Assembly (NCBI GenBank): GCA_029881255.1
Contig: JAOUMY010000010.1
Coordinates: 92,653-156,652, forward strand
Source: Gammaproteobacteria bacterium
Lineage (GTDB): Bacteria > Pseudomonadota > Gammaproteobacteria > S012-40
Reading direction: 5' to 3'
DNA: 64,000 nt
Positions 46,364 through 55,492 of the stretch are shown here, piece after piece. Numbering within the stretch: position 1 is the stretch's first letter; every line of letters begins with the position of its first letter. A program made the position numbers and the translations under genes. The notes beneath the pieces were generated by a model. That model saw nothing but the letters and a program-made list of their open reading frames with translations, was not told the DNA's origin and did no database searches.

Positions 46364-47414
46364 CGCGACAGGCTTCCCGTTCGCCTCCGGCTTTGGGCGC
46401 GGGTCGTCGCCAGGTTTTTTTCTCCAGTGCGCTAATGTCCGCCGCATACTGTCCTGCAAAAAACTGCTCACGCGTGATTTCGTGCACCTTTCCGAATGAC
46501 TCGGCCCAATCCACCAGGGGGGGTTCTTCCGGCCAATCGTGACGGCGTACATAGAGCATAGGCACGCGGTTACACATGCTCTCGGCAAACATGCCGTATC
46601 CCACTTTCGTCACTACGACATCACAACTGGCAAGCACATCGACAAAAGCAAAACCGCTGTCCGCAATATCGATGATGTCGTCGCGATGTTTCTCTGCGCG
46701 CCAGGTGGTGATGTAAAAAAAATCTTCGGATACTGGCCAGTGACGAGTATCCATCGCGGTAGGAATCCCGCCAGGAACGATGAGTACAATTTTTCTGTTT
46801 GCCGCGAGGGGATGTTGCCTGATCAATTCAGGCTTGATCGATGTGCCTAAGGCAGAAAGTGCCGCTATAGGTTTTGTGTTGAACTCAGGCATGGCCATGG
46901 AAGGCTCCGGACATAAAAATCTGTCCGCCTGCTGGTAGCATTCGACGATTTGCGCGTAAATTCTGTTGGCTTCCTCACCATGGCAATAACCGGCGAAGAT
47001 ATCGGCCCAGTTGAGTGAGCACATCGCTATTGCGGGTATGCCTGTGATTTTCGCGGCGGCAATGCTGACATAAGAGATATTTGAAAACAGTAAATCCGGT
47101 TTCAATTGAGACAATTTTTTCGCTTCGTTTTGCATGGTCTTTGTCAGACTCGCATGAGCGTGCACGTAGTGTTGCAAACTTTTGTCACGATCCACATCGA
47201 GCGCGGAGTTCATCGCCATGCCGAAATCACTGGCGTGATTGAGTAATTCATATTGCCCCACAATTCGATGTGAGACCAGGTTCGCAGGTAGCCTGGTACG
47301 TAAGGTGATTTTCCAGTCAGGTTTGAGTTTTTGCAGGGCATTGATCACTGGCGCTGTCTGGGCAAAGTGCCCATAACCGTGTCCGGAAATATCAAAAACC
47401 ACATGGCGTGACAT
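46341..47414 (-). CDS. GT-B fold glycosyltransferase-like protein (MJ1255/TIGR00661-like)
   Basis: 357 aa. The N-terminal VVFDISGHGYGHFAQTAPV motif and C-terminal VVTKVGYGMFAE resemble the MurG-like/GT28 C-terminal nucleotide-sugar-binding region. The assignment is tentative. Confidence 0.45.
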   Translation of the reverse strand: MSRHVVFDISGHGYGHFAQTAPVINALQKLKPDWKITLRTRLPANLVSHRIVGQYELLNHASDFGMAMNSALDVDRDKSLQHYVHAHASLTKTMQNEAKKLSQLKPDLLFSNISYVSIAAAKITGIPAIAMCSLNWADIFAGYCHGEEANRIYAQIVECYQQADRFLCPEPSMAMPEFNTKPIAALSALGTSIKPELIRQHPLAANRKIVLIVPGGIPTAMDTRHWPVSEDFFYITTWRAEKHRDDIIDIADSGFAFVDVLASCDVVVTKVGYGMFAESMCNRVPMLYVRRHDWPEEPPLVDWAESFGKVHEITREQFFAGQYAADISALEKKTWRRPAPKAGGEREACRAIVELVS

Positions 47415-47854
47415 CAGTCTTCTTCGTCTCTGCCATGCAGACTATCGAGTTGTTCCGCCCAAGTGTTCTCATGCTGTGAGATAAATTCGATTAACTGAGC
47501 GTTCCATTCGTCCAGTTGGCTGCGCATGGATTGCATATCTTGACCTGCGCTCATGTGTTCGGCGCTGGCGTATAGCGCAGTGAGGCTATCACGCAATTTC
47601 ACGCTACTGCCCAGGGCATTTTTGAGTTGTTCCCGTGGCTGTGGAATCCAGCTTTTGTCCGCAAGCAGGGAGCGCAAATTTTCACCTGCTTCCAATAGGC
47701 GTTTGCGAAAACGTGGTTGAGCGCCAATTTTAGAAAAAGAAATGTCTCCCCAAACGGAAAGCGCGATCAGTTCGTTCCACGCGGATTGCAGTTGGCTGAC
47801 GTGGTCAGCGTCGAAGTTAAAACTGTTTTCGACTACGGTGTGCGATAGGGTCAT
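47414..47854 (-). CDS. Hypothetical helical protein (about 146 aa)
   Basis: ORF whose stop overlaps the downstream ATG by 1 nt (TGATG). I chose the start at the ATG at 47854 (MTLSHTVV) over the longer tracked form. No motif recognised. Confidence 0.35.
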   Translation of the reverse strand: MTLSHTVVENSFNFDADHVSQLQSAWNELIALSVWGDISFSKIGAQPRFRKRLLEAGENLRSLLADKSWIPQPREQLKNALGSSVKLRDSLTALYASAEHMSAGQDMQSMRSQLDEWNAQLIEFISQHENTWAEQLDSLHGRDEED

Positions 47855-47969
47855 GATGCGCAAAAGTGATGAGACAGAGGCGAGTATAGCAAAACTACGC
47901 GGCGTGACACGAATACGAAAAGGGGGCGTTATTGCCCCCGTTCTCATGTTGCGCAAAAACTATCGGGTT

Positions 47970-48611
47970 TCAGAAATCAAATTCCTTTGAGTAGCCGACT
48001 ACCAGGGTAGGTGCCGCATCAATAGTGCCGTCATCGGCAGTGGTGTCGGAAATCGTTGCGCTGAAATCGCCAGCCGCCAACGTCTTGGTCAGGGTTAATC
48101 CGTAGTGGAGATCCTTGGTGGATTTGGTCGCACCGCCACTGAGAGTGATTTTCAGCTTGTCAGAAATTTCATATTCGTATTCACCGCTGACATAGATGTC
48201 TTCTGACTCGATATTGTAATAGCCGGTCACGCCTAGACCCATGGCACTAAGACCACCATAGACTTCATAGAAGTTTGCCCAGCTAGTACCGGCGTGGGGG
48301 TAGGCGTAGTAAATGCCACCCAGGTCGATTTCCACTGGACCAAAAGCCTTGGAGAAGCCGCCATAAAAATCGACTTCTGTGTTTGCGGCGACGTTTGAGG
48401 TCCAGGTACCGATATACAGACCTGAATCGTGTTCGTAATCAAGACCGCCCGATACCGCTGCTGAGTGACCCGTTTGGGTCATGCCGCGCCACAGGTAATC
48501 TGAATTCACCGCCACGTTTCCAGATGCACCGGCATACACTACGTTACCCACAGACATTGAACCTGCTAACAGTGCACCAACAGCCAGATTTCGTTTAACG
48601 CTTTTCATCAC
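47970..48611 (-). CDS. Outer-membrane beta-barrel protein, TIGR02001 (Gcw_chp)-like
   Basis: Signal peptide, then GNVAVNSDYLWRGMTQTG...GGLDY..DSGLYIGTW.SNV, typical of this small OM barrel family. C-terminal ...KEFDF. AAGGAG upstream. The start may be the ATG at 48608. Confidence 0.65.
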   Translation of the reverse strand: MMKSVKRNLAVGALLAGSMSVGNVVYAGASGNVAVNSDYLWRGMTQTGHSAAVSGGLDYEHDSGLYIGTWTSNVAANTEVDFYGGFSKAFGPVEIDLGGIYYAYPHAGTSWANFYEVYGGLSAMGLGVTGYYNIESEDIYVSGEYEYEISDKLKITLSGGATKSTKDLHYGLTLTKTLAAGDFSATISDTTADDGTIDAAPTLVVGYSKEFDF

Positions 48612-48656
48612 TTCTCCTTATCCAGTTTCAATTTTTAAAAGTTGCATTAGGGTAAT

Positions 48657-48672
48657 AGCAGTTCCCATGCCT
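48657..48672 (-). promoter_or_regulatory. Candidate sigma54 (-24/-12) promoter upstream of the OM-barrel operon
   Basis: The minus strand reads AGGCATGGGAACTGCT, against the consensus TGGCACG-N4-TTGCW. The GG and GC dinucleotides have correct spacing, about 46 nt upstream of the start codon. Confidence 0.35.
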
Positions 48673-48834
48673 ATTTTTAAAACAAAGAAAAAATGCTGTA
48701 ACAATAGTGAATTAGAGATAACTTTTACGGTGAAGTGAAGATTATGGGCAGGTTTAGGCACCACAGTGGAACGTGCGCACTAGCGAGGTGCTTCAGTTTA
48801 GTGCAGAAAAAATTGGGAGAAAGCGTCGAAGGTA

Positions 48835-49500
48835 TTACTTGTGCGCGCAGAGTAATTCGTCGAGTGCGTAAAGGCGTTCGGGCGTGCCGATATCACTCCA
48901 GATTCCGGCATAGTGTTCGCCGCTAACAGCGTTGCGCGCCATGGCGGCGCGTAGCAATGGCGCTAAGGGAAAGCGTCCAGGCGAACAATTTTTAAACAAT
49001 TGTGGGTGATAAATGCCGATGCCACTATAAGTCAGGCGTGGTTGACCTTCGGCGTAAACCCTATCGTTTTCGAAAAAGAAATCGCCGCGTGGATGGTGTT
49101 CTGGATTACTCACCATGACCAGGTGGGCCTCTTCTATTTTGCGGTTGGTAAAAGTGGCAAAGGGAAAGTCTGTCCATACGTCGCCGTTGACCAGAATAAA
49201 CGGCTCCTCACCGAGCAATGGCAGGGCTTTAAAAATACCGCCACCGGTTTCCAGTGCCTCTCCTTCACGGGAGTATTCAATGCTGACACCGTAGTCGCTG
49301 CCGTCACCGAGTTTCTCTACGATTTTTTCACCGAGATAGGCCAGATTGATAACAAACTCACTGACACCGGCTTCTTTCAAGGAATCCAGATGATATTCAA
49401 TCAACGTTTTCCCGCCCAGTTCCAGCATGGGTTTGGGAATATTATCGGTTAATGGCCGCATGCGTTCACCACGACCGGCGGCGAGTATCATGGCCTTCAT
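48835..49500 (-). CDS. murU: N-acetylmuramate alpha-1-phosphate uridylyltransferase MurU
   Basis: MKAMILAAGRGERMRPLTDNIPKPML... is a nucleotidyltransferase fold. The ATG at 49500 overlaps the amgK stop (ATGA). Gene pair and position next to lptD match Pseudomonas. Confidence 0.8.
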   Translation of the reverse strand: MKAMILAAGRGERMRPLTDNIPKPMLELGGKTLIEYHLDSLKEAGVSEFVINLAYLGEKIVEKLGDGSDYGVSIEYSREGEALETGGGIFKALPLLGEEPFILVNGDVWTDFPFATFTNRKIEEAHLVMVSNPEHHPRGDFFFENDRVYAEGQPRLTYSGIGIYHPQLFKNCSPGRFPLAPLLRAAMARNAVSGEHYAGIWSDIGTPERLYALDELLCAHK

Positions 49501-50531
49501 TTCTTTAGTCCTGTTTGCATATCGAACACAGGTAATACCTTGTCTTTGATGATTTGGCCTAACGGGGCGAGTTCTGAATATCTTTCGACCACGTGCATCA
49601 CATAGCCTAGCGTGCGTGGAATGTCTTTCAGGTAGCCCGATTTGCCATCGCGGTAATTCAGACGAGCAAAGATTCCGATAGCCTTGAGGTGGCGTTGCGT
49701 GCCCATCCAGTCGAACCAGCGTTGAAATTGTTCGGGATCGGTTTGTTCGATAACGTCGGCCTTTTGCAGGCGTTCCCGGAAATCGTTTACCCATTGCATC
49801 GTTCTGTCGACGGGCCAGTCTATATAACAATCACGCAGCAAGGAAACGAGGTCATAGGTTACCGCACCGTAAACCGCATCCTGAAAATCGAGGATGCCGG
49901 GATTGTTTTCATCCAATAACATCAGGTTGCGCGAATGGTAATCGCGGTGGACCCATACCTGTGGCTGGCTCAATGCCGACTGTGCCAAGGCTTCAAAGAC
50001 TGAATGGAGCGCATCTTTTTCACTCGCGCTGATATCGATACCGATGTGTTTGGCGAGAAACCAGTCCGGGAACAGGTTCATTTCGCGCAACAATAATTCG
50101 TGGTTGTAGTCGGGAAGGCGATGGTCTTCCTGTTTTCCCTTTTGTTGCAATACGACTAAGGCGTCCATGGCGTCGTTATACATATCGTCGACGCTGTCGC
50201 TATTGAGGTGATCCAGGTACTGTTGGTTGCCAAGATCACTGAGCAGGAGAAATCCCTGGTCGAGATCCTCTGCGAGTATCTCGGGCACATGCAAACCGAT
50301 TTGGCAAAACGCGCGGGCGACGTCGACAAAGGGACGACAATTCTCTTTGTCAGGTGGAGCGTCCATCGCGATATACGACAAATCACGAAACAACACCCGG
50401 AAGTAACGACGAAAACTGGCGTCGCCCGACGCCGGTACAATGGACGCATCGCGCAGCTCAACGGTATCGCTTAACCAATCGCGCAGCTGTAGAAAACGTT
50501 CATCATGGTCTTTTACGTTCATTCGCCTCAC
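49497..50531 (-). CDS. amgK: N-acetylmuramate/N-acetylglucosamine kinase AmgK (APH-family kinase fold)
   Basis: 344 aa with a phosphotransferase-family catalytic loop (VHRDYHSRNLM) and DFQDA. Translationally coupled to murU. Confidence 0.8.
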   Translation of the reverse strand: MRRMNVKDHDERFLQLRDWLSDTVELRDASIVPASGDASFRRYFRVLFRDLSYIAMDAPPDKENCRPFVDVARAFCQIGLHVPEILAEDLDQGFLLLSDLGNQQYLDHLNSDSVDDMYNDAMDALVVLQQKGKQEDHRLPDYNHELLLREMNLFPDWFLAKHIGIDISASEKDALHSVFEALAQSALSQPQVWVHRDYHSRNLMLLDENNPGILDFQDAVYGAVTYDLVSLLRDCYIDWPVDRTMQWVNDFRERLQKADVIEQTDPEQFQRWFDWMGTQRHLKAIGIFARLNYRDGKSGYLKDIPRTLGYVMHVVERYSELAPLGQIIKDKVLPVFDMQTGLKK

Positions 50532-50858
50532 CCTGGTCCGAGCTAGGGACCGCTAATGTGGAGTGGCACTTTACGCCATCTCGTCAGACAAAAAAACCTT
50601 GGGGCGCACAAAATGGCGCTTTGGGTATGTACTTTCCATAAAAATGTAGAGGGATACACAGTGATTCAATAATAGTGCCGAATCTTGTGAGTAGCGGAAT
50701 TGCGTGGGTGATGAGGTGATTTGTTATCCGAGGACGGCTTGTAACCTATTGTTCATAGTAACGTATTCGTCGGTTCCAGCTTCGTTGCGACATTGGGGGG
50801 GGAGGTCGATGAGGGAGATACACCTAGATCTATGTTGCTGTAGTCTGGCGACCACGGC

Positions 50859-52130
50859 TCAAGCAGAAGAAACTCGGGGCAGTGCCGTGTCTTGGACTTC
50901 TTCCTGTGGAATCCACAAAGTGACAGTAGATCCCTGGCCAAGGGTGCTCGCGATTTCGATGTTTCCGCCATGCTGTACCAGGATATTTTTGATCGTGGGC
51001 ATGCCGAGACCAACGCCGAAACTGCGGGTGCTGAACAAGGGTTCGAATATACGCGGCAGAACTTCCGGGGCAATACCACAGCCGCTGTCTTCGATAATTA
51101 TTTCTACGCGCTGACCCGACAAACGAGTATTGATAGTGAGCTGTCTGAGCGAATGTTCATCTTTGTTTTCGCGTATCGCATGAGAGCCGTTATCAAGTAC
51201 GTTGATGATGGCGCGGCGCAGTCTTTCTTCGTCGATATTCACGAGATACTCGGGCGGTAATTGCGTGTCTCGTTTGACGTTAATGGTTTCATCGACATGG
51301 TATTGTTCGATGACGTCGTCGAGCCAGGTGTCGAGCGCAACCGTATTCAGGTTGAGCTCGGGCTGGCGCGTGTAGTCGAGCATTTCATCAATAATTTGGT
51401 TGCAGCGAAAGGCGTTGCGATCGAGTATGTCCAGCAACTTCTTCAGATGATGGCCTGTTTTCGCGTCTTTGCGTCGCAAAGCGTAGATGGCTGTTGTCAT
51501 CGCCCCCAATGGGTTGCGTAACTCATGATTGACAGTTGCGGTGAGTTGACCGACGACAGCAAATTTCTCTTTCTTGATCAACTCTTCTTCCAGCCGATGA
51601 CGGGTTTCCAATTCGGCTTTGAGGGCATCAGTAAAGCGCTCATTTTCCAGGCACAGGTGTAGCGTCTTGCGAAAATTCTGCATCACCGGTGATAACACCC
51701 GATCAAGGCGTACCTCCAGTTTGGGAGATTCTCGGGAAAACAACAGTATTGTGTGATGTTCGTCCACAGGAAGCCGCAGTCCGGCGCTATAATGTGTTTC
51801 TTTGCCAAATACAGATTGGATTGTTGTACTGTCCTCAAACACGCCGGCTTCACCGCACAATAATTCAATGGGCAGCTCAAGGTGTTGTCCGATTTTATTG
51901 CGCACGGCACCGCCACCAATCGCAAATTGCAGGCGGGCGAGAATGTATGGCGGTGGATTTTTCGTGTCTGTTTCAGGGCGTGCTATATCGGAAAAAAAAA
52001 CGCCGCTCGAAAACGGCGTATGGTAGAGCAATCGTTGTAGTGTCTTGGTGACCAGCGGTTCTACGCGGGTTTCACCACCAGTGACCAGGGCGAGATCATA
52101 TAAAACTTGTAAAACCTGCTCTCGCTTCAT
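50859..52130 (-). CDS. Cytoplasmic sensor histidine kinase (GAF-like N-domain - HisKA - HATPase)
   Basis: 423 aa with no TM segment. H-box NHELRNPLGAM, N-box VLDNGSHAI, and G-boxes DSGCGI/GVGLGM. Confidence 0.8.
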   Translation of the reverse strand: MKREQVLQVLYDLALVTGGETRVEPLVTKTLQRLLYHTPFSSGVFFSDIARPETDTKNPPPYILARLQFAIGGGAVRNKIGQHLELPIELLCGEAGVFEDSTTIQSVFGKETHYSAGLRLPVDEHHTILLFSRESPKLEVRLDRVLSPVMQNFRKTLHLCLENERFTDALKAELETRHRLEEELIKKEKFAVVGQLTATVNHELRNPLGAMTTAIYALRRKDAKTGHHLKKLLDILDRNAFRCNQIIDEMLDYTRQPELNLNTVALDTWLDDVIEQYHVDETINVKRDTQLPPEYLVNIDEERLRRAIINVLDNGSHAIRENKDEHSLRQLTINTRLSGQRVEIIIEDSGCGIAPEVLPRIFEPLFSTRSFGVGLGMPTIKNILVQHGGNIEIASTLGQGSTVTLWIPQEEVQDTALPRVSSA

Positions 52131-52132
52131 TC

Positions 52133-53254
52133 TTATCTACAGGGCACCGCGGCGATCGTGGCATTGTGAAACAAGGGATAGCTGTCCTGTTTTGATCCGC
52201 CGATTTCTCCCAGGGATAAGGCGCCGATGACGTGTACCGGTGCTATCTTATCTCTTAGTTCGGTGAGTTCCTGGGAGGATGATGCCCCCAAATGCATACG
52301 TCTACCCGCGCAGTAAAACACCATGAGGGCATCGGCATTACGTGAACTCAGCTGGTTTTGAATGCTGTCGGTAGTATCGGGGCTGTCCGCTGGTATTGCT
52401 TTCATGAGTGTCAGCATCGAGTTCTCCGGAACTTCACCCACGCAAAACAATGCGCCATCGTCATCCATTCCGACGGGTATCCGTATCAATGCCTCACCAT
52501 CGGCTTTGACGATGCCAAACGGATAGTGAACGCCAAAGTCGTAAAAGTTATCTTTGTTGATTTCCAGATTGTATTGTTTTGCCGCCAGTTCCTGATAAAC
52601 CTCAAATGCGGGGCGCCAGTCGATAGTGGATATACGGTTACCCATGGTGGAGGTGGCCGGCATCTCTTTTTCCATATACCGGTAGTTGTGTTCCACAATC
52701 GCGCCGTCGCTATTCGGTATGAGCATCATCAATGCGGCATTGGCAATAAAGCGATCATTATTGAACAGGCAGGGAATGGACTGGAATGTTTCGCTGCCGA
52801 CATTGCTGCCCATGTATTTCACGTCATCTCCCCATTCCAGATACAGGGCGTCTATGACCGAAGCCACATTGGGAATCATGCCATCAAATAACATTAGCAC
52901 CGAATTGGTGTCCGAATTTTCATCGATTGGAAATTTTTCAGTAATTAACGCGGCGATTTCTGTGGCGTCAGCTTGCTCAGGTATACTGATCAGGCTGTTG
53001 GTAGGCATCTTGGGCAGCAGCATGTACAGGGCGCCGGTATTATTCATCACGCCGTCGACAATGACTTCGGGAAATACGCCGCCCACCACAGGAAAGTTGT
53101 TCGCTTTTGCTGCCTGTTGTACGCGTGAGATAGAATCTTTATCTCGCTCTGCTACGTAAACTAGCGCACCGCCTTGCGGATGTTTACTCGACCATTCTTG
53201 CAATAACGCGTTTATGGCGTTTTCATCGTTTTGATCCAGATATCGATATTCCAT
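52133..53254 (-). CDS. FIST-domain sensory protein (FIST_N + FIST_C)
   Basis: 373 aa. FPVVGGVFPE (N-domain) and MVFYCAGRRMHLG...GEIG (C-domain) fit FIST signalling proteins. The stop lies 2 nt before the kinase start. Confidence 0.7.
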   Translation of the reverse strand: MEYRYLDQNDENAINALLQEWSSKHPQGGALVYVAERDKDSISRVQQAAKANNFPVVGGVFPEVIVDGVMNNTGALYMLLPKMPTNSLISIPEQADATEIAALITEKFPIDENSDTNSVLMLFDGMIPNVASVIDALYLEWGDDVKYMGSNVGSETFQSIPCLFNNDRFIANAALMMLIPNSDGAIVEHNYRYMEKEMPATSTMGNRISTIDWRPAFEVYQELAAKQYNLEINKDNFYDFGVHYPFGIVKADGEALIRIPVGMDDDGALFCVGEVPENSMLTLMKAIPADSPDTTDSIQNQLSSRNADALMVFYCAGRRMHLGASSSQELTELRDKIAPVHVIGALSLGEIGGSKQDSYPLFHNATIAAVPCR

Positions 53255-53452
53255 TGCATTCTCCCGGGGAGTTTAATGGGTTCGGTGTCGTTAACAACGC
53301 TGTTTAGATTATCTTATTACACAGATTATCGACGCGAATTGTGAGCATTTACAGCGAATAAACAATTGTTTACTAAATAAGCGCGGGTTGCGGGCCTGTT
53401 TGTTGAGGCTACTTTCTATGGTCTATCTGAGCTAGAATAAGCGCCTTCTTAC

Positions 53453-55492
53453 ATGATATTGATTTCCTTCAATTTGACGCCTAAAGCCTATACCCGTTTG
53501 CTTGTTTTATTGTCTTTAGGCAATGCCTTGCCTGTGCTCGGCGCCATTGAGGCAACAACGATATGTCATCAGTTGCAGACTCCTGAGAGTCAACGACTGA
53601 TACTCCAGGCACAGCAAATCGATTCCCAATCTGCCACCGACAACATGTTGCGAGGAGATGTGTTTGTCGGCTATCAAGGACAAGAGCTGTTTGCGCAGGA
53701 TTTGAGCATCGATACGAAGACGCATATTGCTAAAACCGATGGCGAGTTTCGTCTACAAACCAGAAATCAAAAAATTTCCGGTGAACATGCGGTCATTGAT
53801 CTGGATCAACAAAAAGTCACGGTTGAAAAAGTTGCCTATACCACGTGTATGTCAGACAAAAGTGAGTGGTCGTTGACTGGTGAGGACTTTACACTGGAGC
53901 AGCAGCAGAGTTTTGCCAGTGCCTACCATGTAAAACTGCGAGTGTTTGATGTGCCGATTGCCTATTTGCCCTATATCAGTTTTTCACTGGGGGAGCGGAA
54001 AAGCGGACTGCTGGCCCCCGAGTTTGGTAATTCCAGTCAGACAGGCGCGGACCTCGCTGTTCCGTATTACTGGAATATTGCGCCCAACTTCGATAGTACG
54101 ATTACGCCACGCTATATGCAGAAACGCGGATTGATGTTGATCGATGAGTTCCGCTATTTAGGTATGGATAACAGAGGTAAGTTGTTGCTGGAGTTCATGA
54201 CTCACGACTACGAAATGAAGACTTCTCGCGCCTATGCGCAATACGAGCATGAACAAAACATTGGCAACTACAGCCATTGGCGCACGCAAGTTTCGCATGT
54301 CACCGATACGCTATATTTTCATGATTATGGCACCAGTCTCGCGGGCGTCAGTCGGATCGCATTACGTCGATATAGTGAGTTCATGGGCGCGGGTAGTCGT
54401 TGGCAGCTACGGGCTTACGTGGATGATTACCAAAGTCTAAACAGTCAAGCAGAACCCTATCGCAGTCTGCCATTTGTGAACGGTATCGCCTATTACGCGC
54501 TGGGTCTGTTACAGGGTAGTATCGAGGGAAATTATCGCCTGCTCCAGCACAATGTTTTGGCGTCGAAGCAGATGGGGAATATTCGACCGCGTCTTTCATT
54601 CCTGGTTGATCGTGATCCGGGATTTTTACACCTGCAGGGTGGGCCGGACTGGTTATGGGCGCATTCCGCAGAAAACGGCATGGCGCAAACGCAAACGCCC
54701 TTTTTGAGGCTGGATGGCGGACTAAATTTCGACAGAATCAGCTCGGAAAGACTGGAAACCTTGCGACCACGAATCTTCTATTTCTGGCGACCATATGTGG
54801 ATCAGAGTGAATTGCCGCAGGAGTTTAGCGCTGAAGCTGAATTCAGACCTGAAGCCTTGTTCGCTGAAAATCGTCTGTCTGGCAGTGAGTCATTGGCCGA
54901 TGACCATCGCATCAGTATCGCGCTGGACTACCAGGCGGGATCGCTGCTGAGTGGTCGGCAGTGGCTAAACTCACGTCTGGCGCATTCCTATCTGTTAGCG
55001 GATCAACGCATCGGTGTAACGGAAGCTTTACTGGGAAAACAAGGAGATAATGTCTCCAGCCTGGAATTTGACTGGATACCGTCCGAAACCCTTGGAATAC
55101 ATGTCCTGGCCTTGCAAGATTGGCAAAAAGCGCAAGCCGGTCAGCTCCATTTTCGGGTAAAATACCGGGCCGAAGAGGAAGAGGCGAGTGTGACCTTCCT
55201 GGATTATGCGGATGGGAAGCAGATATTGACAGGTGCTCTGATCAAGAACGTCGGCCAGCAGTGGCGCCTGTTAGGTAAATCCACTTGGGACCCACAGCGT
55301 CAGGAAATGCAGGAACTACTCACCGGAATAGAGTTCCAAAATTGCTGCTGGCGCGTTCAGTTAACTGGCAAAGCCTTTCGTCGCGCACCTGATGTTGCGA
55401 TGGACTATCAGGCAGGGCTATTGCTGGAACTCAAAGGTCTAACCGATATTGGAAAAGATAAATTTGATGAAATTAGAAAAAGTAGTTTCTAG
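53453..55492 (+). CDS. lptD: LPS-assembly protein LptD
   Basis: 679 aa with a signal peptide and an OstA-like N-domain (GDVFVGYQGQELFAQDL...), followed by a large beta-barrel (PYYWNIAPNFD, RYMQKRG). surA-pdxA-rsmA follow. Confidence 0.85.
   Translation: MILISFNLTPKAYTRLLVLLSLGNALPVLGAIEATTICHQLQTPESQRLILQAQQIDSQSATDNMLRGDVFVGYQGQELFAQDLSIDTKTHIAKTDGEFRLQTRNQKISGEHAVIDLDQQKVTVEKVAYTTCMSDKSEWSLTGEDFTLEQQQSFASAYHVKLRVFDVPIAYLPYISFSLGERKSGLLAPEFGNSSQTGADLAVPYYWNIAPNFDSTITPRYMQKRGLMLIDEFRYLGMDNRGKLLLEFMTHDYEMKTSRAYAQYEHEQNIGNYSHWRTQVSHVTDTLYFHDYGTSLAGVSRIALRRYSEFMGAGSRWQLRAYVDDYQSLNSQAEPYRSLPFVNGIAYYALGLLQGSIEGNYRLLQHNVLASKQMGNIRPRLSFLVDRDPGFLHLQGGPDWLWAHSAENGMAQTQTPFLRLDGGLNFDRISSERLETLRPRIFYFWRPYVDQSELPQEFSAEAEFRPEALFAENRLSGSESLADDHRISIALDYQAGSLLSGRQWLNSRLAHSYLLADQRIGVTEALLGKQGDNVSSLEFDWIPSETLGIHVLALQDWQKAQAGQLHFRVKYRAEEEEASVTFLDYADGKQILTGALIKNVGQQWRLLGKSTWDPQRQEMQELLTGIEFQNCCWRVQLTGKAFRRAPDVAMDYQAGLLLELKGLTDIGKDKFDEIRKSSF

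Noticed and set aside
48835-49830. Long 331-aa form of the murU ORF; likewise the long forms of epmB (to 6302), efp (from 6022), recA (from 14055), alaS (from 15716) and csrA (from 19833)
   Set aside because: The N-terminal extensions overlap neighbouring genes or promoters and do not resemble the protein families. Internal ATGs give canonical N-termini (MKAMILAAG, MIPRIV, MATYST, MEDNKK, MKAAQI, MLILTRR).
50532-50858. 327-nt gap between amgK and the histidine kinase as a possible RNA gene, and the ORFs 50704-51114 / 50753-51079
   Set aside because: I saw no recognisable RNA motif, terminator or repeat. The ORFs overlap the 3' end of the kinase gene out of frame or antisense and look spurious.
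52358-52891. 177-aa plus-strand ORF (and 52686-53159)
   Set aside because: Both are antisense shadows of the FIST-domain gene, with no independent support.
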